Part shown: positions 8,190 through 17,562 of the stretch, piece by piece
How positions within the stretch are numbered: position 1 is the stretch's first letter
How the letters are laid out: each line of letters begins with the position of its first letter
NCBI GenBank assembly: GCA_041662245.1
Contig: JBAZSW010000007.1
Coordinates: 163 to 64,162, forward strand
Length of the DNA: 64,000 nt
Reading direction: 5' to 3'
DNA from: Parcubacteria group bacterium
GTDB lineage: Bacteria > Patescibacteriota > Minisyncoccia > Moranbacterales > UBA9337
Made by a program: the position numbers and the translations under genes
The notes under the pieces: model-generated
Told to the model about the DNA's origin: nothing
What the model saw: the letters and a program-made list of their open reading frames with translations, nothing else
Database searches by the model: none

Positions 8190-8490
8190 TTAGTAGAATG
8201 AGTTCACAAGGTCGATTCTGAGATAGAAACAATCCTCTCGCGGTCTTCATTCAGAGGAGACTGCAATGTAGGTGGCAAAGCGGTTTAAATTTTTTGTTTC
8301 GAAAAACGTTTCGAAAAACGATTATTCAACACTGGGCTATTTTTTGCCCTGAGAATATCGGTTCAAAGAATTTCAATTCCCAGAGGGATCACTTCGGTGC
8401 TCCCTCTGATTTTATTTATAAGTAAATTTTTTTAATAAAAAATTAGAACTGGGCGGAAGGCATTGGGTAACCTTCCGCATTTTTTTATCT
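8190..8490 (+). ncRNA. Candidate structured non-coding RNA of unknown class, ending in an intrinsic terminator
   Basis: ORF-free 300 nt. Several local helices: gaatga...tcattc, tcctct/agagga, and cagaggga-UCACUUCGGUGC-tccctctg with a UUCG loop. A direct repeat ttcgaaaaacg occurs twice. The region ends with the terminator at 8452-8490. Confidence 0.3.
8452..8490 (+). terminator. Rho-independent terminator (gcggaagg...ccttccgc plus T7); possibly bidirectional, serving the minus-strand gene ending at 8546
   Basis: gggcggaaggcattgggtaaccttccgcattttttt. Confidence 0.6.
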
Positions 8491-8545
8491 CTCTTTGGAG
8501 ACTAATGCTTATCGTAAATACGAATACGATTAAAGAAATTAAATC

Positions 8546-8761
8546 TTATTTTGTGATATAACTTTTCGCACATTTTGCGCAGTGAGTTTTGCCATTGGGA
8601 TTAATTTCTTTTTTGCCAGTCTTGGGACACTCCAAAAGACGGGATGTCTTAGCGGGCTTGTTTTTGCTCAGTGCCCAAACTCCAACAATAATGACAACTG
8701 TTAAATAGACACTTATCAACCAATAGGCGTGGGTTTCACTTAATACTGATAGCTGAAACAT
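8546..8761 (-). CDS. Small membrane protein with a C-terminal zinc-ribbon (CxxTG...HCxKC)
   Basis: MFQLSVLSETHAYWLISVYLTVVIIVGVWAL...ECPKTGKKEINPNGKTHCAKCAKSYITK. RBS ggag before this internal Met. The longer ORF to 8815 lacks an RBS. Confidence 0.5.
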   Translation of the reverse strand: MFQLSVLSETHAYWLISVYLTVVIIVGVWALSKNKPAKTSRLLECPKTGKKEINPNGKTHCAKCAKSYITK

Positions 8762-9261
8762 TTGTTTCTCCTTCTTTTTTATGAATTTCAAATGTCTTCT
8801 TCCCCTAGGATCCAAATTTCTTTGTTCTATATATTATTTTATTTTAATAATTTTAACCCAATTCTAATTTTTTATTCTATTTTCAAAGAGTAACATTTCT
8901 AAAACAATTTAAACTTATGTAGTTATATGTTAGCAGATGCGGATAAATATGCAATTAAATTAGAATTAATCTAGCGCTAAATCATTAGCCAAATATTGCA
9001 CGTGCGTTCAATTGACCAATGATGAGCAATAGAAATTATTCTTGTTGCAAAAAAGGATGGATTACCCTAGAAGCCTAGGTGATAGAAAAGTAAAACAAAT
9101 TACTTTTTTATTTCGTCCTTCGAATCCGCTCCGATTTTCTCATTCCTCACAAAAGCCAAACTCTTGGATTTCTCTTAAATTATTAGTGCACCCAGTGTAC
9201 AATTTTCCATCATTGCATTTTAATATGTAAACATAATACATAATTATTTTGTCACCTTTAG

Positions 9262-9330
9262 TAGAAAAATCCCGCCTTTGCGAGCTACTAGCGGACTTAG
9301 TCCGCCGTAGCCCGCTACTGCGGGCAAAGG
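9262..9330 (-). terminator. GC-rich multi-hairpin structure followed by a U-run, directly 3' of tRNA-Ser (likely a terminator or processing signal)
   Basis: Minus-strand RNA: ...CCUUUGCCCGC AGUA GCGGGCUAC GGCGGAC UAA GUCCGC ...GCAAAGGCGGGAUUUUUC. Two local hairpins sit inside a closing helix. Confidence 0.45.
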
Positions 9331-9419
9331 CGGAGAAGGAGGGATTCGAACCCTCGATACGGTTTAACCCGTATAACAGGTTAGCAACCTGCCGCTTTCA
9401 GCCTCTCAGCCACCTCTCC
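9331..9419 (-). tRNA. tRNA-Ser(GCU), class II
   Basis: Reverse complement GGAGAGGTGGCTGAGAGGCTGAAAGCGGCAGGTTGCTAACCTG... with a long variable arm ...GAGGGTTCGAATCCCTCCTTCTCCG. Anticodon loop TTGCTAA gives GCU. Confidence 0.85.
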
Positions 9420-9554
9420 ATGTGTCTAATTTTAAAAAATATTAAATCACAATGAAAATAATATCAACAAATCAGGATTAAGGCAAGTTAATATGGTTTT
9501 TGATAGCTATCTTTTGTATTTTTTTTGGAGTAAAATAGAAAGGATTTAAATAAA

Positions 9555-10016
9555 TTGGAAAAGAAAATTTTTATGAAAAATAATATAATTTTAATTTCAA
9601 TAATTTTAGCGATAATTTTTGGAGCTAATTTTATTTGGGAATCAGCCCATTCTTTTTTATATATGCCTCATTATGCAGGATTTTGGAGTTTTGTTTTTAT
9701 ACATATTAAAGCAAGTCTTGGTGATATGCTTATTTATGTTTTACTCTATCTGAGCGGAGCTTTCGTTTTTAGAAACAATAAATGGTTTTTGACCCAAAGG
9801 AAATATCCTTATCTGTTTTTAATTTTTATGGGTTTTTGTTTAGCGATAATTATTGAGAACTTTGCTTTAAAATCGGGTAGATGGGCCTATAATGATTTAA
9901 TGCCCATCGTACCTATTATCAATATCGGACTAAGCCCAATATTGCAACTGGTAATTATACCTTCTGCTATAATGAAAGTAATTTCAACGTATTATAGGAA
10001 ATTTATTTTTATCTAA
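9555..10016 (+). CDS. Hypothetical multi-pass membrane protein
   Basis: 153 aa with 4-5 predicted TM helices. No family recognised. The start may be the internal Met at 9573. Confidence 0.5.
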   Translation: MEKKIFMKNNIILISIILAIIFGANFIWESAHSFLYMPHYAGFWSFVFIHIKASLGDMLIYVLLYLSGAFVFRNNKWFLTQRKYPYLFLIFMGFCLAIIIENFALKSGRWAYNDLMPIVPIINIGLSPILQLVIIPSAIMKVISTYYRKFIFI

Positions 10017-10023
10017 AAATAAG

Positions 10024-10620
10024 ATGCAAAAGAAAATAATAATATCTGGTAGAGAAATAAATTATCAGATTAGAAAATACAAATTATCCAAAAATTTAAA
10101 ATTGAGTATTCGGCCTTGTTTTGAAGATGAGATTGGTTGTGAAAAAAATTCTCGTTTAAAAATTTTAGTAGCTATCCCGAGTCGAGTAAGTTTAGTAGCA
10201 GTTGAAAAATTTATTCAAGAAAAGAGCGATTGGATAGTGGATAAATTAGATGAATTGAAAATTATCAGTCCAGAGCCGAAAATAATTTGGGATAAAAAAA
10301 CTCGCACAAGAGAAAGAAAAAAAGCTAAAAAAATAATTATTGAAAAAGTTACTTATTTTGGCAATCTTTATGGTTTTCAATTTAAGCGTATCGTTATTCG
10401 AGCACAGAGAACTAGATGGGGAAGTTGTTCTAAAGATGGAAACTTAAATTTTAACTACAAAATGATTTACCTGCCAGAGAAAATAATGGATTATATAATC
10501 GTTCATGAGTTGTGTCATTTAGATCAATTTAATCATTCCAAAAGATTTTGGTTTTTGGTTTCAGAAATTATTCCCGATTATCGAGAATTGAGGAAGAAAT
10601 TGAAGAAAATTAATATCTAA
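10024..10620 (+). CDS. YgjP/DUF45-family (SprT/WLM-like) zinc metallohydrolase
   Basis: C-terminal LPEKIMDYIIVHELCHLDQFNHSKRFW: an HExxH motif followed by NHS and FW, typical of DUF45. Confidence 0.7.
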   Translation: MQKKIIISGREINYQIRKYKLSKNLKLSIRPCFEDEIGCEKNSRLKILVAIPSRVSLVAVEKFIQEKSDWIVDKLDELKIISPEPKIIWDKKTRTRERKKAKKIIIEKVTYFGNLYGFQFKRIVIRAQRTRWGSCSKDGNLNFNYKMIYLPEKIMDYIIVHELCHLDQFNHSKRFWFLVSEIIPDYRELRKKLKKINI

Positions 10621-10809
10621 TAGAAGTTTGTAAAGTTTTAAAGATTATAAGGTTTGTAAAGTTTTATAAAGATATAAAAGTTGATGGCTGACCGCATCGT
10701 AATTGATGACTGGGTATCTATTTGCTTTTTTGAGAAGAATGTCTTAGTATTTTGGTAGTTATTTTTTAGGGCGTTTCTATCAATTCATTTTAATTTATGG
10801 GGGTAGAAT

Positions 10810-11067
10810 ATGAAACTTTTTGTCAACGGAAAATCAAGGCGAATTTGCTCAGATGTTGTAAAAGTGTTAACAATTCAATTTGATGAATTGGTGAAGTTAT
10901 TGAAAGGGAAAAATGAAGTTTTCAAATGGCTAAACGGTCTTGATGGAAATCATCTTACCGTCAGAGTTTTATTGAAAAATGCGGGACTTAAAACTTTGTC
11001 ATCGGACATAGGAATAGCTTTTCTAAAAAGTAAGTTTCCTTGTCCTGCCGGAATTAACTCCCATTAA
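10810..11067 (+). CDS. Hypothetical protein (85 aa)
   Basis: RBS gggggtagaatATG. Tandem direct repeats lie upstream at 10625-10673. Confidence 0.45.
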   Translation: MKLFVNGKSRRICSDVVKVLTIQFDELVKLLKGKNEVFKWLNGLDGNHLTVRVLLKNAGLKTLSSDIGIAFLKSKFPCPAGINSH

Positions 11068-11077
11068 GAGAGGCGAT

Positions 11078-11374
11078 ATGGAAGATTTGAAATTGAAAAT
11101 CAGCAACCTCGTCGCGGTGACCGTAACATCGATGAATAGTTTGGGGTTTTCCGAAAAAGATAAAAAAGATTTCTTGAAAGCGCTAGGAAAAGAGGTTTTT
11201 GCTGATGGCAATCTGGAATCCCTAGCTGAGTTGCCATTAAGAGAAATTGAGGTGGAGCATGGAGTCACCAGTATATTAATAAGTATGGCTGATAGGGGCT
11301 TTAATCTTGATGAAAAAAGATTATTGCTTCAATGTCTAGCGCAAGAACTTGCTATAGAATCAGAATTGCTGTAG
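11078..11374 (+). CDS. Hypothetical protein (98 aa)
   Basis: RBS gagaggcgatATG. Tightly linked to the preceding small ORF. Confidence 0.45.
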   Translation: MEDLKLKISNLVAVTVTSMNSLGFSEKDKKDFLKALGKEVFADGNLESLAELPLREIEVEHGVTSILISMADRGFNLDEKRLLLQCLAQELAIESELL

Positions 11375-11417
11375 CTTTCCAAAAGAGGATTTGCAAATAT
11401 TTATGTAGGTCCTCTTT

Positions 11418-12365
11418 TTACATTTTTTTTAAAATGTCTTTTACATTTTTTAAATTATTGATGCGTACTGCTTCGGCACGAAGAGCAGTGGCTTGGGGGT
11501 GACCTTTAAGATAGGCGGAGAGTTGAGCGCGAAAAGTAACAAAACCTTTTTCTCCATAATATTTTTTTACTAATTGCGCATGTTTTAAGATAATTCTTTT
11601 TTTCTCTTTCAAAGTGGGCAGGGTAAACTCGCCAAAATTGATAAATTCTTTGATTTCTTTAAAAATCCAAGGATTACCAATAGCCGCTTGGCCAATCATT
11701 AAAGCTTGGCAATTTGTTTTTGTTAGATAAAATTTGGCGTCTTGGGGATTTTTAATCCCGCCATTATAAATAATTGGAATTTTTAGAAGTGAATTTAATT
11801 TTTTTATAATTTTCCAATCGGGTTTTTCATGAAACATTCCTTGGAGAGTTCGAGCATGAACAACTAATTGATCAATGCCCGCCTTTTCTAACTGTGGAGC
11901 AAAGATTAATATTTCTTCTGGACTTTTGAGTCCCAAACGAGTTTTTATGGAGAGTGGCAGGGGGGTTGATTTTTTGATGGATTTGATTATTTTGATAACA
12001 TTTTTAATATCACCCATTTGTGCCGCTCCATAGCCTGCTTTTTGTGCTTTTTTAACAGGACAGCCTAGATTAATATCAATACCTAACGGTTTTATTTTTC
12101 GAGTGATAATTTTGGCTGATTCGCTCATGGAAATAGCCTCCTTGCCAAAAATTTGAACCCAAAAATTTTTTTCTTGGATGCTAAATTTTTCGGCTAAAGC
12201 AAGTGATTTATTTTCTTTTTTTTGACTGCGAAAAACTCCCTCTGCACTAACCATCTCACTCCAAGTGATGTCTGCTCCAAGCTCTTGGCAAATCTGGCGC
12301 ATGGCTTTGTCAGTAAAACCAGCCATAGGCGCAAGGACTAATTTGATATTTGAATTTTTTAACAT
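11418..12365 (-). CDS. dus: tRNA-dihydrouridine synthase
   Basis: LVLAPMAGFTDKAMRQICQELGAD...GCP...VHARTL are Dus-family TIM-barrel motifs. The start is set at MLKNSNIK; the longer ORF to 12434 is probably N-terminal over-extension. Confidence 0.8.
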   Translation of the reverse strand: MLKNSNIKLVLAPMAGFTDKAMRQICQELGADITWSEMVSAEGVFRSQKKENKSLALAEKFSIQEKNFWVQIFGKEAISMSESAKIITRKIKPLGIDINLGCPVKKAQKAGYGAAQMGDIKNVIKIIKSIKKSTPLPLSIKTRLGLKSPEEILIFAPQLEKAGIDQLVVHARTLQGMFHEKPDWKIIKKLNSLLKIPIIYNGGIKNPQDAKFYLTKTNCQALMIGQAAIGNPWIFKEIKEFINFGEFTLPTLKEKKRIILKHAQLVKKYYGEKGFVTFRAQLSAYLKGHPQATALRAEAVRINNLKNVKDILKKM

Positions 12366-12534
12366 ATTTTTTTGATGTATTAACACTTCTTTTATCTTAT
12401 AGATATTTAAAATTATGACAAGACTGTATCCCATTATTATTTATTTAGGATTGAAATAATGGAAAGATGTGTTAGAATTAATTCAAAGATACAATAAAAT
12501 TAATAATTTCTGGATATTTCTTAAAATTATCTAG

Positions 12535-13095
12535 ATGCTAAAAAATATGGAAAACAATGAATTGGATTCTATTAATAAATCTATTGAAAGCGATGCGCAA
12601 GAATTAGCAGAATTGGAATTGAGAACTAATCAAATCAAAGATCGTTTTGAAAAAAATAAATTGATTAAGCAAAAATTAGAAGGAAAAAATATCGTTGCTG
12701 AAAATTTTAATAAAGATTTGGAAATATGGGGATTGAGCGTAGATGAAGCGCTAAAAAATATAGAGACTCGTTTGGCAGATTGGCATCCTAGAGTAGGAGG
12801 GATTGATTTTAAAGCGATGACAGAAAAAGGATTCCTATTAAAGGAAATTGCCGTAGAGGGTGATAAAATAGAATTAGTAGGTGGCATAATAGGAAAGGTA
12901 GATGAACTTAAAGAAAAAGGTCTAGAATTAGCAAAAAAATCAGCCGAATCGATAATGATAAGGATAAACGCTGGGGAAAAAGATTTAAATAAACATTTCC
13001 CTCTTATTATAGGTGTATTTAAAATTTTTGATGATAATGTTAACGCGGACAAATATCAAAAAATATACGAAGAAGGAGAACAACTGTTAAAATAA
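12535..13095 (+). CDS. Hypothetical coiled-coil protein (186 aa)
   Basis: Clean ORF, acidic and helical. No recognisable family. Confidence 0.5.
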   Translation: MLKNMENNELDSINKSIESDAQELAELELRTNQIKDRFEKNKLIKQKLEGKNIVAENFNKDLEIWGLSVDEALKNIETRLADWHPRVGGIDFKAMTEKGFLLKEIAVEGDKIELVGGIIGKVDELKEKGLELAKKSAESIMIRINAGEKDLNKHFPLIIGVFKIFDDNVNADKYQKIYEEGEQLLK

Positions 13096-13165
13096 ATTAA
13101 AATATAAAAACATTATTTTTTGAAATGCTAAGATGTTAATAAGCTTTATGTTATAATGTGGGTAT

Positions 13166-14272
13166 ATGAAAATAGGAATCAATGCATCTTTTGCAAGAAA
13201 GCCTGGCAGTGGCACAGGGGAAGTAACACTAAATTACCTACGTGCTTTAAACAAAAAAGATAAAAATTCTAGCTTTGTTTTATATCTTGAAAAAGATATT
13301 GGTTTGGATTTGTCAGATAACTTTAGAAAAAATATTTTTTTGCCTTTTTACAAACGAGATGATTTAATTCGGAAAATTATTTGGGAAAAATTTTTATTGC
13401 CTAAAAAAGTCAAAAAAGATAATTGTGGGGCCTTTATCAGTTTGTATCAGTGTCCCACTGTTTTAAATAAGAAAATTGAGCATACCATGGTGGTTCACGA
13501 TATTGTTCCCGAATTATTTCCGGAATATGTAAATAATTGGCGCAAAAAATTTTACTGGTGGCTGACTAAACGAGCGATAAAAAAAGCAAACAAAATTATA
13601 ACAGTCAGTGTTAATACGAAAGAGGATTTGATAAAGCATTTGGGGATTAATCCAGATAAAATAAGGGTCAATCATAATGATGTTGATAATATTTATAAAA
13701 AAGAAGTTGCTGAATTTGATTCACAAGTCGTTTTAAAAAAATACAATTTAACTCCGGGATATATTTACACAGGAGGAGGATTGGATAAAAGAAAAAACAT
13801 TGATACTTTAATCTATGCTTACAAGATACTATGGGATAGGGATAAAAATATTCCCGACTTAGTTATTTCAGGAAAGTTAATGCCTCAAATGGCTCCTCTC
13901 ATAATTGACGTAGAAAAAATAGTTAAAGAATTAAAAATGGAAAGCAAAATTAAATTACTTGATTTTGTGGCTCAAGAAAATATGCCGGCTATTTATAAAA
14001 ATGCCAGTGTGTTTGTTTATCCATCCTTATATGAAGGATTTGGCTTACCACTTTTAGAAGCGATGAATGTGGGAGTAGCGGTTGTAACATCAAACAATTC
14101 TTCTTTGGGAGAAATAGTTAAAGACAGTGCAGTTTTATTTAATCCTAATGATAAAGAGGATATCGCTCAAAAAATTATACGAACTTTGAAAAATGACGAT
14201 TTGAGAAAAAATAATATTGCCAAAGCTAAAGAATATGCCAAAAATTTTTCTTGGGAAAAGTTTGTCAGCTAA
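13166..14272 (+). CDS. Glycosyltransferase family 4 (GT-B, RfaG-like)
   Basis: C-terminal YPSLYEGFGLPLLEAMNVGVAVVTSNNSSLGEIV is the GT4 E-x7-E region. Confidence 0.85.
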   Translation: MKIGINASFARKPGSGTGEVTLNYLRALNKKDKNSSFVLYLEKDIGLDLSDNFRKNIFLPFYKRDDLIRKIIWEKFLLPKKVKKDNCGAFISLYQCPTVLNKKIEHTMVVHDIVPELFPEYVNNWRKKFYWWLTKRAIKKANKIITVSVNTKEDLIKHLGINPDKIRVNHNDVDNIYKKEVAEFDSQVVLKKYNLTPGYIYTGGGLDKRKNIDTLIYAYKILWDRDKNIPDLVISGKLMPQMAPLIIDVEKIVKELKMESKIKLLDFVAQENMPAIYKNASVFVYPSLYEGFGLPLLEAMNVGVAVVTSNNSSLGEIVKDSAVLFNPNDKEDIAQKIIRTLKNDDLRKNNIAKAKEYAKNFSWEKFVS

Positions 14273-14328
14273 TAAAAAAAAGAAGGTAGCTCGAAATTAT
14301 CCAAGCTACCTTTGAATCAAGATTCAAA

Positions 14329-14586
14329 TCAAGAATGTTTTTTTGCCGGTACTATTAAAAATAACAAAGAAACAAGGTTTATAATAATTGATAAGATGCA
14401 GATTAATAAAAGTAGGCTGATAGCGAGAGGGATTCTCCTGATGACTTCAGATACATTATCAATTGCTATTATCGCAAAATTAGAGTCTCCGAGTAGTAAT
14501 AGAGCTATCATAAAAAGTGTTAAAAATGTTAACGTAACTGAACAAAGCCAAATTTTTAAAGCTAATTTCGACTCTCGATATTCCTC
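14329..14586 (-). CDS. Possible small two-TM membrane protein; competes with an overlapping plus-strand ORF at 14312..14617
   Basis: MEEYRESKLALKIWLCSVTLTFLTLFMIALLLLG... The strand choice is uncertain. A bidirectional hairpin sits at 14285-14312. Confidence 0.25.
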   Translation of the reverse strand, partial: EEYRESKLALKIWLCSVTLTFLTLFMIALLLLGDSNFAIIAIDNVSEVIRRIPLAISLLLLICILSIIINLVSLLFLIVPAKKHS

Positions 14587-14638
14587 CATAACTCCCCCCG
14601 ATTTGTTAAATTTTTGATAAAAATTAAAACACAAATAT

Positions 14639-16225
14639 ATGTTGATACAATTAAAAAGTTTTGTCAATAAAATTAATTCTGCCAAATATTATTTGTTGGC
14701 AGTCAATATTATTCTTGTTGGAGCGCTTATAATGTTGGCCAATTTTGGAATATTGCCCTTTAAAAAGATGAGCGATTTTATTTTTTTTGCGGGAATAGGT
14801 TTTATTTTTGCGCTTTATCGTCCTGGGTGGAGTTTTCTATTTTTTATTGGAACAATTGCCCTGGAAAACATAAATTTAGCACCCAAAGAATTAGGGGTAG
14901 CTATTCGTCCTTATCAGTTTTTAGGATTTTTGACATTTGTAGCAGTGGGAGTTCGTTATTATTCTCGTCGGCTTAATTTTAAATTGCCAAAATTTCGATG
15001 GACTGAATATTTAATAATATTATTAGTGTTAGGCGGATTTTTGGGAAGCCTCAATGCTCTCAATGGGGGAATTGCGTTAAAACAATCAATTATTATTCTT
15101 TCTTTTGGGCTATTATATTTTTTAGTGAGAGTGTTTATTCAAAATTTAGATGATATAAAAAGAATAATTCCTTTTTTTCTTAGTTCTTCTACGGTTATAA
15201 TAATTTATGGAATTTGGCAAAATTGGCAGTTTATGCGAGGAAAAAATAATTTTGAAGTGATGGCGGGGCGAACTAATGCTACTTTTACAGAAGCTGATTG
15301 GTTTGGTATTTTTTTGGTTTTTCTTTTGTCAATTTTATATGTGGTCGTTTATAACCTTTATAGTAAAATAAAGATTTTTGAGCTAGAACGTCGACGGGTT
15401 GCTTTTGCGCAAGTTTTATTTAGTGGATTTCTGATAATCTTAAGTTGGATCGCTCTGATAATTACGGTTTCACGTAGCGCTTGGTTGGGGGTGGCAGTAA
15501 TTACTTTGGGAGTATTATCCTATTGGATACTAAAGAAAAAGGTAAAATTAATTTTAATTATTTTGGCAAGTATTTTAATCGCTTTTGCATCGGTTTATTT
15601 TTTAAAATTAACTAATTTTCAGTTAGATAATAGAATTCAAAGCACTACTTCTGGTCAGCAAAAAATCACAATTGCTTGCGGTGGTGAAGTGCAAATCCCT
15701 GGTCCGATTGACGATATTACACAGTTAAAACAATATGGTTGTGAGCACATTAATTTAGAAGATATTAAAAAAGAACAATCTACTGGTCGGGTAATTAAAG
15801 AAATATATAGAAAGGATCCCAATGTTAGTATTCGCGCAAAAATTTATAAAAAATCATGGAATGAAATAAAAAACCATCCTATTTTTGGAATTGGTTGGGG
15901 AAATATTGCAGATATTTTGGGTAAGGACGAAAGAGGTACGGGGCTTAATTCAAGCAATATCTTTTTGGAAGTATGGTTGGGGGCGGGAATTATTGGGTTG
16001 CTGTCTTTTGCTGGTCTGGTAGGATATATTCTTGGACGAGGAAAATGGTTTTTTCTAAAAAAATTAAAAGAAGGCAAATTTTTTCGAGAGGATAGTGAAA
16101 TGGATTTCTTTTGCCTATTTTTAATTTTGAGCGCTACGGCGATAATTGTTCCCAATTTGTTTAATGCAGGAATTATGTTGGGATTTCTCTGGGCGTGGAT
16201 GGGGATAGTTATGGTTAGGGAGTAG
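14639..16225 (+). CDS. O-antigen ligase/polymerase family (Wzy_C-like) integral membrane protein
   Basis: 528 aa with at least 10 TM helices and a large loop. Motifs SRSAWLG and IFGIGWGN are typical of O-antigen ligase-like proteins. Lies within a glycosyltransferase cluster. Confidence 0.7.
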   Translation: MLIQLKSFVNKINSAKYYLLAVNIILVGALIMLANFGILPFKKMSDFIFFAGIGFIFALYRPGWSFLFFIGTIALENINLAPKELGVAIRPYQFLGFLTFVAVGVRYYSRRLNFKLPKFRWTEYLIILLVLGGFLGSLNALNGGIALKQSIIILSFGLLYFLVRVFIQNLDDIKRIIPFFLSSSTVIIIYGIWQNWQFMRGKNNFEVMAGRTNATFTEADWFGIFLVFLLSILYVVVYNLYSKIKIFELERRRVAFAQVLFSGFLIILSWIALIITVSRSAWLGVAVITLGVLSYWILKKKVKLILIILASILIAFASVYFLKLTNFQLDNRIQSTTSGQQKITIACGGEVQIPGPIDDITQLKQYGCEHINLEDIKKEQSTGRVIKEIYRKDPNVSIRAKIYKKSWNEIKNHPIFGIGWGNIADILGKDERGTGLNSSNIFLEVWLGAGIIGLLSFAGLVGYILGRGKWFFLKKLKEGKFFREDSEMDFFCLFLILSATAIIVPNLFNAGIMLGFLWAWMGIVMVRE

Positions 16226-16410
16226 AGGAATTTTTAATTACCAATTTTCGATAGGTTTCCAAGTGATCAAATGATTTAAGATATTAAAATATCAGCGTAT
16301 AAAATTAACGTATTCAAATACCAAAAAGATGATTTTTTTAGAGAAAAAGATAATAAAAGCCATGCTTTAGGGTGAACAATAAAAATGTTTAAAAGTTAAT
16401 TATCAAACGG

Positions 16411-17550
16411 ATGAAAATTGCAATTGATATTAGGAATATTGGCAAGCAAAGAACTGGAAGTGAAACGGTAGTTTTGGAGTTAACGAAGGGTCTCTTGGAA
16501 TTAGACAAAAAAAATAAATATTTACTGCTCACTGATACTGATGACCAAACAGTTTTGGAAAATATAAGGAGAGATTTAAATCTAAGTGATAAAAAAAATG
16601 TAAAAGTTATTTCTCTTGAGGCTAAAAATAAATTCATTTGGGCAGCTTGGACAATGCCAATATTTTTTCGAAAAAATAAAGTAAATATTTTTCATACAGA
16701 ATATATTTTGCCGTTTTTTATTCCTCGAGAAGTGAAGGTAGTAACTCATATTCACGACGTTTCTTTTAAGGTTTATCGGAAAATGATTTTAAAAAGGGAT
16801 CTGTTTTTTTTAGATTTGCTTATTCCTAGAAGCATAAGAAGGTCAGATAAAATAATTGCTGTCAGTCAATTTACTAAAGATGAAATTTTAAAATATTATA
16901 AAGTTAATTCTGATAAAATTGTAGTTGTTCTTAATTCAATAAACCTTATAGAAAAAGAAGATACTCGAGAATTCAGAGATTATATTAGGCAAAAATATAA
17001 ATTGCCAGAGAAATATATTTTGTATTTGGGAACTCTTCAGCCAAGAAAGAATGTTCCCGTTTTAATGGGAGCCTATGCTCGAATAAAAGATAAAATTCCA
17101 GAAATTAAATTAGTGTTAGCTGGCAATAAAAACGCGCATAACTTTGATAAGAAAATAGATGCAGTGCTAAAAAAAGATGAGTTGGAAAAAGATATTTTAT
17201 TTGCGGGATTTATTGATACAATAGATAAAGCTATCGTTTACAAAATGGCGGAGGTTTTTGTTTTTGCTTCTTTTTATGAAGGATTTGGAATACCTATTCT
17301 TGAGGCTATGAGTCAGGGCGTGCCTGTTTTAGCTTCAGATATTCCGCCTCATAGAGAAATAGGAATTGAGGCAAACGTTTATTTCAAACCATCAGATATT
17401 GATAAATTATCAAATATGTTATATAATATTTGTGTAGATAAAAAGAATAGAGAAGAGCTAATTAAGCTAGGTTTGGCTAGGAGTAGCGATTTCTCTTGGA
17501 AAAAGTCAGCTCAAGAGATGCTGAATGTTTTTAATTCGTTTAATAATTAG
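16411..17550 (+). CDS. Glycosyltransferase family 4
   Basis: FASFYEGFGIPILEAMSQGVPVLASDIPPHREI. Confidence 0.85.
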   Translation: MKIAIDIRNIGKQRTGSETVVLELTKGLLELDKKNKYLLLTDTDDQTVLENIRRDLNLSDKKNVKVISLEAKNKFIWAAWTMPIFFRKNKVNIFHTEYILPFFIPREVKVVTHIHDVSFKVYRKMILKRDLFFLDLLIPRSIRRSDKIIAVSQFTKDEILKYYKVNSDKIVVVLNSINLIEKEDTREFRDYIRQKYKLPEKYILYLGTLQPRKNVPVLMGAYARIKDKIPEIKLVLAGNKNAHNFDKKIDAVLKKDELEKDILFAGFIDTIDKAIVYKMAEVFVFASFYEGFGIPILEAMSQGVPVLASDIPPHREIGIEANVYFKPSDIDKLSNMLYNICVDKKNREELIKLGLARSSDFSWKKSAQEMLNVFNSFNN

Positions 17551-17562
17551 ATTAACAAAGAT

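Noticed and set aside
8190-8450. TPP riboswitch suggested by a CUGAGA element
   Set aside because: The other TPP-riboswitch hallmarks (GGGGUGCCC, ACCUGAUCUGGAUAAUGCCAGCG) are absent, and there is no downstream thiamine gene. Kept only as a generic ncRNA candidate.
9042-9455. Two 62-68 aa plus-strand ORFs
   Set aside because: Both overlap the minus-strand tRNA-Ser gene and its GC-rich 3' structure. They are artefacts of the tRNA region.
14312-14617. 101 aa plus-strand ORF downstream of GT4
   Set aside because: Low-complexity hydrophilic translation with no RBS. The opposite-strand two-TM ORF is slightly more protein-like, and even that is called with low confidence.
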